A stretch of 64,000 nucleotides of DNA from Oopsacas minuta (lineage: Eukaryota; Animalia; Porifera): contig JAKMXF010000354.1 of the NCBI GenBank assembly GCA_024704765.1, forward strand, positions 357,690 to 421,689, in the 5' to 3' direction. This document shows positions 55,608-64,000 of this stretch, piece by piece; the first letter of the stretch is position 1, and each line of letters starts with the position of its first letter. A model generated the notes under the pieces. The model made no database searches and was not told the DNA's origin. It saw only the letters and a program-made list of their open reading frames with translations. Position numbers and translations under genes: made by a program.

Positions 55608-58600
55608 TTAAGCAGGAGCAGTAGATCGTACTACGAGTAGTCCCTTCTGACTGCGGTTAGTAAAGTTGTTATTCCTAGAACAGATATAGTTGTAGCTTCC
55701 TGCTGGGAACCGAAGGAGAGGAGCACTGAATGATGCATATGCGTTATCTAATAGGTTATTCAATGTCTCTTTATTTTCCACAGAATCTGTGGCACAACCA
55801 GTGAAGCATTGATAATAGCCAACTGAAGATAGGAGGAGAGCAAGATTCTTTTTAGATTCTTCAAGACTAGGAATCAAATTAATTTCATCGTATGTACTCA
55901 TGTCGTACCAAACTACTTGAGCTGATTTGAAAAGAGTTGAGTTATGAAAAGGTACTGGATAGTTCATATCTGCATTTGCAATTTCTACAATGTTATGACG
56001 ATCTGTTCCTGTTTTGTAAGAAAATTAATAATATCACAAATCACATCCTATCTTTATAAATAAGCTATATAACAACAAATACTAACCTCCTCTCCCCTCT
56101 CCTGCATCCCCTGCTTGTCCATCTCCAGCTGGATTTTGATTGTTGTGTGTGTTAGAACCTATATACGTATATAAAGACAAACTCAAATATATGTGTGTAC
56201 TTTTTCTCTTTCGGAGTATGTTAAGGTCAAATATTACTAAATCTGAAAGTATGATTAAAGGGCTAATGCACATACATGAAGGTTTAGAACAAATTATCAG
56301 GGATAAAAATCATAAAATTACTGGAAAATCCGATATGTTCTTAGAGTTTTCTATTGATAGTCAGTTGTATTTCCGTAGGCTAATTATAGTAAATTACTCC
56401 ATAATCAATCCAGATGAGTAATAACTAGGGCAAGCATTAGGATCGCTCGATCACGATCGCGATACTTTTTTGTACAAAAATTTTCGATCATTTTTGTATA
56501 CTTTGAATGCTACTATTATTAGCGTTTTTTATACTTAGGTAATTGTTCCAAATTTGTGTTCAACAATCAGTAATATTCGTTCGTAGAATGCGTGATTCTC
56601 CACCTATGTTTCTTTTGGCATAAGAAATGATGTAATTATCAAAAATATATGTCTTGAATATTACACAAACGATCGGAAAAAATGATCGAGATCGGGATCG
56701 CGATCTTGTTTAACACGATCGACTAATTCCTTAGACTAATAACAAACCTGTCCATTGAAAGTGTACGATATCATTTTCAGTGATATACAGTCTGTTCGGG
56801 ATAAAGTCATATTCCACAGCTGGATACACCTGCACTATGTTACCTCTCTTACCTCGTACATTAACATTATATATGTCAACTGTATCCATATTCACTGTTG
56901 TATCAGGAGTAATAGCATTTGTTGGTCTGGGTATGAACATATGTACATGAGAACGATCTTGAAAAGTTCGACCAAACTGAGCTGTATTTATAGCTAGCCT
57001 GAGAGCTCCGTTAGTTATAGAACCAACATCAACATACGGGTTCTGAATAACAGGGGATCTGATTCGGTTAAATCTACAGGAAAATTATATTAAAGTACAA
57101 TATAGACAAGATACAGCTGTCAATATATATAAATAACTCACCTATCTTCATTGTAACTGGAGTTTGTATACCAAGGATCATAGTCATCAGTAGATATGTT
57201 GTATCTATAAATCTATATTATTAAATCTCAATGATTGTTTGCTTGTCTGTTGTCAAGGAAAGGATTTACGGTATGCAATTTTGAAATTGTCGCATAACTA
57301 TGTATTTATCGTGTTTATCAAGGAAGTAATAAGAATTCAATAAAACTTTACCAAATATATCGAAAATGCTGAATCCGATTTTCACACTTCTGGATTAATC
57401 ATATGTAAATTTATTGTTGTTTTTATGAATATAAACTAAACAAATTATCCTAATCTCAAAATATAAGTACAGGCTTGCTCTTAACGGCTACACAGGGTTG
57501 ATCTTACAAAATATTTCAATAATATATATGCCATATACGTATATTTTGTGAATTACATTGTTCTAAATATATTTATATTATAATTCTCAAAGTGGCCGTC
57601 AATTTGGAGAATAATGGATACCTCGGGGCGCAATGCGCCGAGTTCATCGCGAAGCGACGAGCTAAAGGCTCGTATATTCTTTAAAATTCCATCCAAAGTT
57701 AATTATTCAATTCAGCTTAAGCAACACTAACCTTATCCTTAGAACACATCTCCTAGGTGCTTGGTCTAGGAAGTAAGGTAGTGTTATAGTGTAGTTGAGG
57801 GGGTAACCAGTTCTACTGTTACCCAGATGGTTAACTCGTGTCCATCCGGCCTGTTGACAATCTGGTTCTTGCAGAAGGATGAGACAGCTCGGTGTAATGC
57901 TAGGATAAGGACGAGCCCATTTACGAGTAATTTGATCATTGTTATCATTTTCACAATTGGCCTGATTACGTCCCTCGTCTATCTCTAAGTAATTGTAGAA
58001 ATCCAGCCATTCTCCTAAGTATAATATACCATGGATAAGAACTCATTTCCTATACAAATTAAATAATTTAACTTACCTGCATTAGCAATGCATTCAGCCT
58101 CGTTATTCCATTTGCTAGTGTCACGATAGATTTCTGTACCCTCAAACTTCTCTCTACACAGATATTTCGGCTTTACGTTAAAACTCTCACTCTGATAATA
58201 TGAACATCGATCAGTGTCATCTACTAGTACAGCAACATCCTACAGGTTAATTAATTGAATCATATATGGGAATATATAACCTTAAGGTCTAACTTACCCT
58301 CCATGGTGTAGGATGCCAGTAAGGATAGTAGTCTCTCTCCTCAGGACACTCATATCCTCTCCTGTTGGCGTTAGGGTTCTGTCGGGTGAAACGAGCCCCA
58401 GCATAACCTAGACCAGCGAATTGACCGCTATTTATGATCTGATCAGCCAAGAAAAGACCTTTAGTAAACAAGTAAACAAATTTAAACAAACATAATATGT
58501 GTATAAATAAATATAACATATACCTGAATTTCTCTCTCTAACATAACAGTCATCATAGTACCCAAATGTCTCATGTAGACCCCTGTTATTGGATACTGAA

Positions 58601-59339
58601 TTAGCTCTTCTGTTATTGTACTGATTCTGATTCTCGTTTAGATTATCAGGAGCAGTGTAGTCTTGAGTATTTGTTTCCTTTCCATCTCGCAATACATCCA
58701 AAGTATCGTCAGAGCCAGCAGCAATATCATTATTTACAGCTAACATAATACCGAATTAAACTAATAGGAATGTCTACATAATAAATGAATAAAGCAGGAG
58801 TCATTTATTATGTAGACATAATAACTCACCCTCAGGCTCAGCTTGACATGTATACTGTATCACAATTTGACAGTTCAATTTATGTGGATCGTTATTATCG
58901 CTACCCCCACATCCATGCTGATTAGTCCACTCAGCTGTTAGGAAGCTGCGACCAACAGATCCACTTTGGAAGTAATTCTAGAGGAGAATAACAAAGATAA
59001 TAAATGAACAAGTATATAACTTCTAATTATTCTACCATATAGTATATCTCAGTCTCTTCTGTGAAAGGATCATCTGTTTTGTCACCAGTGTTATATCCAC
59101 CTCTGTTGTTATTCTGTAATACAGTAATAGGATAAATAACAAAGTTCATAGACTATAATATTCAAAGGAATATTCACCTGAGAATCAAATAATCTGTTAG
59201 CATTATTTCGGTTAGCAGATCGCTCGTTGAGCCTGTTGTTACTACCTCTAGGGTTATGCATGTAGCAATCTCCATTGCTCTGATGCACAAGACTGATAAG
59301 CACCAGAATAGCAGCTAATATGGGCGTTACACCTCTCAT
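55608..59339 (-). CDS. Secreted DD3-3-like protein, about 11 exons
   Basis: Signal peptide, then [31 protein letters not shown]|[74 protein letters not shown]. Exons verified at both ends; some middle boundaries not mapped exactly. Confidence 0.85.
56441..56723. repeat. GATC-rich imperfect inverted repeat (possible MITE relic) in a DD3-3-like intron
   Basis: Two CGATC-rich clusters; tcgatcattttt near 56485 is the reverse complement of aaaaatgatcga near 56680. Confidence 0.4.
57622..57673 (+). mobile_element. Possible 3' end of a non-autonomous Helitron/Helentron-like element
   Basis: Short GC-rich island ..gcgccgagttcatcgcgaagcgacgagc..ctcgt in an AT-rich intron; resembles gcgaagc hairpin ends followed by CTAG-like termini. 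Confidence 0.3.
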
Positions 59340-60218
59340 AGTCTGACACAACAAGAATCTCAATTGAGAAATATACACGTTTCTATTTTAGTTAAACATA
59401 TTCGTAGAATTGTAGAAAGTAAGTATTATAAATTTACATTCAGAATATTGACAACAATAAAATATCTAAGATAATCTAATAAAATGTTTTGAATATAAAA
59501 TGGTCGCTTTTAGTGAAATGAGAAACAAAGAACTAATATCTCTGTACCCAAATTAATGGAGATTCTGCCTTAGCATCTGTGTGCATACTACAGAGACTTA
59601 TACAAAGATAAATAATTCCCTCTTATATATACCACCGAATCACGTATCAGCGTATCAAATCTTCAAATAGTGCCTGGATCCGATGTCGTAAGATCAAGCC
59701 AAGGGAAACACGAGGAAATACTAATTAAGGAATTTGCTAGTTTATTAGTAAATAGATGATTTTAACGGAGTATAGATAATACAATATACAACCAAATCTG
59801 GAATACTTAAGAAAAACATTCTCTGAAATAATGAAAGTAAAGAAATCATTTGACCCAGAATCATAACCGATAAAATGACATATTGCAGATAATATTAGGA
59901 CAGTTATGAAAGTAGATACAAATACGTCTGTATTACTATATAAGATGAATTTGGATACTTCAATTTCAAGAATTCCATTAGTACGTCATTAACAAAGGTA
60001 ACAAAATATGTAACATACAGAACATCGACATTATATAATACGTATATAGGTAGTGGCAGGAATGAGTAGTGACTCCAAAAAGTTGCACCGATCCCGATAA
60101 GTTGAGAACTAGTAGTCATGCACGCATATCAAAATTCAATAATTTCCTCAAACTTTTTCAAGTAAAACGAATGCAAATATACAAAATTAGAAATATATAA
60201 AATACAAACTAATTCAAT

Positions 60219-61415
60219 TCATTCTTCGCAACATTTAGCTACAAATTTGTTTCCTTTACTAGGAGAAATGGGCGGAGTTGGAGTGGGTACCAATCGTATA
60301 TTATCTTGTTGTGTCCCTGCTCTAACACGACGACGAGATACAGTTGCAATGTTCCTATCAACATCATGAAAGATCTTAACTAGAGTAACGAATGCACTTT
60401 GTATATTTTCACCGTTATTCACAACCGAAGTTTCCTGAAAAAATATACCTTCCCTTCTAGCGAAATCAGCACCCTCTTGGAAGCTAACCTCTCTATCCGC
60501 ATCTTTCTTATTACCTAGAATAATATACACAGGTAAAGAATCCATGGTACACTGCCTAGCTTTATTCAGCCAGACAGGCAGATCTTCAAAAGATTCTCTA
60601 TCATTACAAGAATATACCAACACAACTCCATTAGCATTCCTATAGTAAGATGCTGGTAGTGCGTTATATCTCTCTTGCCCAGCTGTATCAATAATATCAA
60701 GATTTACGAATTTATTATCCACAGCCATTCTCCTTGTGAACACGCCTATGCCAATTGTGATGCTAGGGGTATTTGTCCTAATTCGACCATCGTACAGAAA
60801 CTGAGCGATTGAGGTTTTCCCTGTGCTAGCATTACCAATTATTATAATCTTAAGGTTACGATATTTATGAGAGTTCTCAGGTTGTATTGGTTGTGGAACT
60901 GATTGAGTGCGTTCCCTAGGTTGATCAAGCATAATCCCTTCATGAATCCTAGAACTAACACTTCTCCCTCGTCCTAATGTATTATCATCTCCCATTAAAG
61001 CATTTTCATTAAAAGTATCTAGAATATCTAGGATGTTTCTAGCTACACATATAACCTCACGTGAACGGATTAGAACTTCTATTGTCGCAAAGCAATATAC
61101 ATAACTGTTCATGACATCTTGGTGTATATCTTCCCCAACCCAAGCAACGAGATATCTCTTTCTTGCTCTACCCTCCCCAAAACTCTCCACATTAATATAC
61201 ATGTACAATATCTTATCTGCAGTCAGTGAACGCCTAAAGTCCATGTTATCACCTTTGTCGTAAACTGATAGACATAATACTTGGTTTGGATCTGAAGGTC
61301 TATCAAATTGAATGTCAGTGTATGCAAAAACAACCCAAGTATTTGTTGTAGATCTACGAATGTCTTGAATTGCTTTCTGTATATATTCCTGGTTTGTATA
61401 GACATCAATTGCCAT
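60219..61415 (-). CDS. ADF-H (drebrin/Abp1/coactosin-like) domain fused to a Rab-family GTPase, 398 aa, intronless
   Basis: N-terminal ADF-H pattern TWVVFAY..KILYMYINV..RYLVAWVGE..CVARNILDI. G1 GNASTGKT, G3 DTAGQERY, G4 GNKKD, G5 ETS, C-terminal CCEE. Likely ATG 61415. Confidence 0.85.
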   Translation of the reverse strand: MAIDVYTNQEYIQKAIQDIRRSTTNTWVVFAYTDIQFDRPSDPNQVLCLSVYDKGDNMDFRRSLTADKILYMYINVESFGEGRARKRYLVAWVGEDIHQDVMNSYVYCFATIEVLIRSREVICVARNILDILDTFNENALMGDDNTLGRGRSVSSRIHEGIMLDQPRERTQSVPQPIQPENSHKYRNLKIIIIGNASTGKTSIAQFLYDGRIRTNTPSITIGIGVFTRRMAVDNKFVNLDIIDTAGQERYNALPASYYRNANGVVLVYSCNDRESFEDLPVWLNKARQCTMDSLPVYIILGNKKDADREVSFQEGADFARREGIFFQETSVVNNGENIQSAFVTLVKIFHDVDRNIATVSRRRVRAGTQQDNIRLVPTPTPPISPSKGNKFVAKCCEE

Positions 61416-61761
61416 CAGATTTCCCAACAAACTATACAAGTTTAATTAGGATAGACAGACTTAAGTTTGGTAAGGAAGTAACTATACTCATGAATTCCTG
61501 CCGAGGGCACAACCCCTTGGGAGCGGTCAATACAATTCAAGTAATAAACCAAGTTTAAAATGTAGTTAATATTAGATATCAGGTAAATAGGACTCGATAC
61601 CTAGGGATGGTACAGCTAATTTCCTATATCCTACGTTCTAAATTTTGTACTGTTTGTTATAGCTGAAAATAAGAACAGAAATCAGAATACTTAAATAAAG
61701 TTACAACAAAGTTTGAAATGTCGAAACTAGAAATATATAAAATTCGAAATTCCTAAACTAA

Positions 61762-62935
61762 TTAATTATTGGATAGAACTAAAGAAGACTCTCCCAATAT
61801 TTGACATAGCTCTCTTAATCTCTGCTGTTTCTCTGGTATACCAACTAATTGAACTTCTAACAACTCCTTTTCTTCCTTCAAACTCAATCTAGCAGAATAA
61901 TTCAGGTCTTCAACATGCCAGTTACCTGTTCCATCAAACTGAAGCAAATGTGTGTGGAATTTCCTGATTACAAATTAAGATAAATTATATGTGAGAGTAG
62001 CAATAATTGCATAGGAAATACTCACCATAGAGATGGTCTGTGAGATATAGTTAGTAGAGTAATGCCTAGATTAAGAGCTGTCTGATAGATTGAAGCTTCT
62101 GCATCTAGACTAACAGCACTAGAGCATTCATCTAACAGAGCGAATCGTGGCCTAAAATTCACATATAATTCATACTGGTGTTAGTTTATATAATAGGGAA
62201 TTGAGAATCTATGAAATATTAGATCATGAATTTCGAAGATATTATCGGCATTATACAAAATATGTGAAAACTGAAAACTACTCAATTCGAATACAGAAAA
62301 ACTCGGATAACACGTAGCCCCTCGGGAAAACATAATTAGTACGTAGATACTAACCTGGTGTGAGTCTTATCCAAATACAGTGAAAACTCGTTAATACGAA
62401 TTTCCGGTTAAGACGAACAGAATTTTACACAATTTTAGTCCGTGCAATGGAAATTCAATTGTTTTACTCCGGTTAATATGTACTCCGGATAAGGAGTACA
62501 AATCTCGACGGTCCTTTTGTGTACGTATTAACGAGGTTCTACTGTAGGTAGTGCATAACAATGAATGATAAATAACTTTTTGTGATATAAGAATAGTACG
62601 ACATAATTACTATACACTCTTACATATGGTAAAATATCCTTGCCATGCCAATTCTCTGTTTCTCTCCTCCTGACAAGACATCCTTCCAATCATTTATTGC
62701 ATCCCAACCTATTTAATAGAATAATTCCAATTTAAATTTATTAAATCTATAAATATATCCGTATAAGGAAATAAATTATATTAACTCACCTCCTTCTCTT
62801 TCTACGAGATATTTCAAGTGAACAATCTTCATAATATCATCCAATTGACCAATAGTAACACCTTTACGTATTAGATCTTCATTCGTATCAGGATAAGTCA
62901 CTTGATTTTTCAGATTACCCAAGCTCATATATGGC
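61762..62935 (-). CDS. Peroxisomal ABC half-transporter ABCD1/ABCD2-like, last four exons only
   Basis: Exons 62935-62790, 62708-62624, 62151-62026, 61963-61762 splice in frame: [78 protein letters not shown]. Confidence 0.92.
62378..62544. mobile_element. Tc1/mariner (pogo/Tigger-like) MITE, 167 bp, in an ABCD intron
   Basis: TA|CAGTGAAAACTCGTTAATACG ... CGTATTAACGAGGTTCTACTG|TA: about 21-bp imperfect TIRs with TA target duplication. Confidence 0.88.
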
Positions 62936-63868
62936 CTAAAATAACGGTTGATAAAAGAAATTCAACTTTCGATTGTAGAAATGCCAGGGAAATACTAAGT
63001 TATCAAAAGTGTGGGGAATACGAAAAATCTTTCTTACAAAATAAATACGTATCATATTAGGGACATATGAATGAGAGCATATTATGTATACGGTAAAGAA
63101 TATTAACATAACATCTGGATTCTAAAATCTAAGGGATTATCGGGCCAACTTTGCTTACTTATATCAATATATCAATGAAATTCGAAAACAATATGATAAC
63201 AGAAAATGAGTGGAATACAATTACGGATATCTACCATAGTATAATAGTTGAAATACTTTGATGAGAAATTAGAGAATACAGGGTCTTAGTGAATACAGTA
63301 ATTCGGTACTCTTCAATACTGAAAATCTTGTTATCAGTGTACTCAATCTAGCAATGATTACCTTACAAATCGCAGGAACACAAATAGGCAAATGTAAACA
63401 TATTCAAAATAAAATTCGATCAAAGTGAAATAAGGAATAATCCAAAATGGATATTAAAACTATTCAGTGACAAGCTATACTGAAACATAATACATTGCTG
63501 AGTTATGCTTTCAATCTCAAATTAACCATAATGTAATCAGAAACAGGGACAATAAAATGAGAACAGAAAGTTTCTACACAGTAACGGTTTAGTGAAATAG
63601 CAAATTTAGAATACATAATAATGAATGTATTGGAGATTGAAATGGGAGTGTTGAGATTAAATGGGGGTGTTATTTACTGAAAATGACAATAAATTATTCT
63701 ACACTAATATTGAGTAGATATAGTTATGTTTGTGGAGCAAGCATTGGATGTGAGCAGCTTGTGACTTGTAGAGAGCAGTATTGGTAGTAGCAGAAATATT
63801 GAAATTTTGTATAAATAGGATCAGACAGTTAAGATAAATAAACAAATAATTAACAGTAACAAACAAAT

Positions 63869-64000
63869 ATGAACTCATTTGAAGAAGTTAGTGATTTCGC
63901 CATTAGAACTTCAGGAGAATGCAAAAAGCTAGAAATGGTAAAACAAATTCTTAAGGAAAATTACAGAGATTTGATAGAATTCCCGTTACTACAGCTGATT
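63869..64000 (+). CDS. 5' end of an unidentified ORF running off the window
   Basis: MNSFEEVSDFAIRTSGECKKLEMVKQILKENYRDLIEFPLLQLI, open for 44 codons to the window edge; aattaacag 12 nt before the ATG. Confidence 0.5.
   Translation, partial: MNSFEEVSDFAIRTSGECKKLEMVKQILKENYRDLIEFPLLQLI

Noticed and set aside
1-64000. SL RNA gene, snRNA, tRNA, rRNA, CRISPR array or prokaryotic operon
   Set aside because: No leader+GT+Sm-site unit, cloverleaf, rRNA-like tract or repeat-spacer array recognised by eye; gene content and introns are eukaryotic. A covariance-model search is needed to exclude small RNAs.

Overview
AT-rich, very gene-dense eukaryotic (metazoan) DNA with GT-AG introns, many only 53-72 nt, and many intronless genes. 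No rRNA, tRNA or CRISPR array was recognised. The compaction, lineage-style NHL gene, DD3-3 homolog and nested genes resemble a glass sponge (Hexactinellida); that taxon call is inference. I resolve about 28 protein genes and 2 pseudogenes, mostly on the minus strand, including ten consecutive minus-strand genes from RPS5 (48873) to DNAJC8 (29505). Recognisable genes: AFG1L, TRIP4, MRGBP, USP30, NUBP1, DNAJC8, THEG, NUDT18, EFTUD2, a TRP channel, RPL18A, NELFA, RPS5, an hnRNP R/RBM46-type RRM protein, a POT/SLC15 transporter, IK/RED, a DD3-3-like protein and the 3' end of ABCD1/2. Main observations: (1) a single-exon fusion of an ADF-H (drebrin/Abp1-type) domain to a prenylatable Rab GTPase; (2) a 7-exon C-CAP-like + class IV sirtuin fusion whose last exon (12162-12397, missing from the ORF track) lies beyond a 3.18 kb intron holding two genes, one on the same strand; (3) AFG1L nested antisense in an intron of a B-box/Tudor gene; (4) a 1521-aa protein with a C-terminal GNAT motif and tail anchor; (5) splice-acceptor-like YAGs just upstream of most start codons, suggesting SL trans-splicing or pervasive 5'UTR introns. 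All assignments come from motif recognition and manual splicing; no searches were run.
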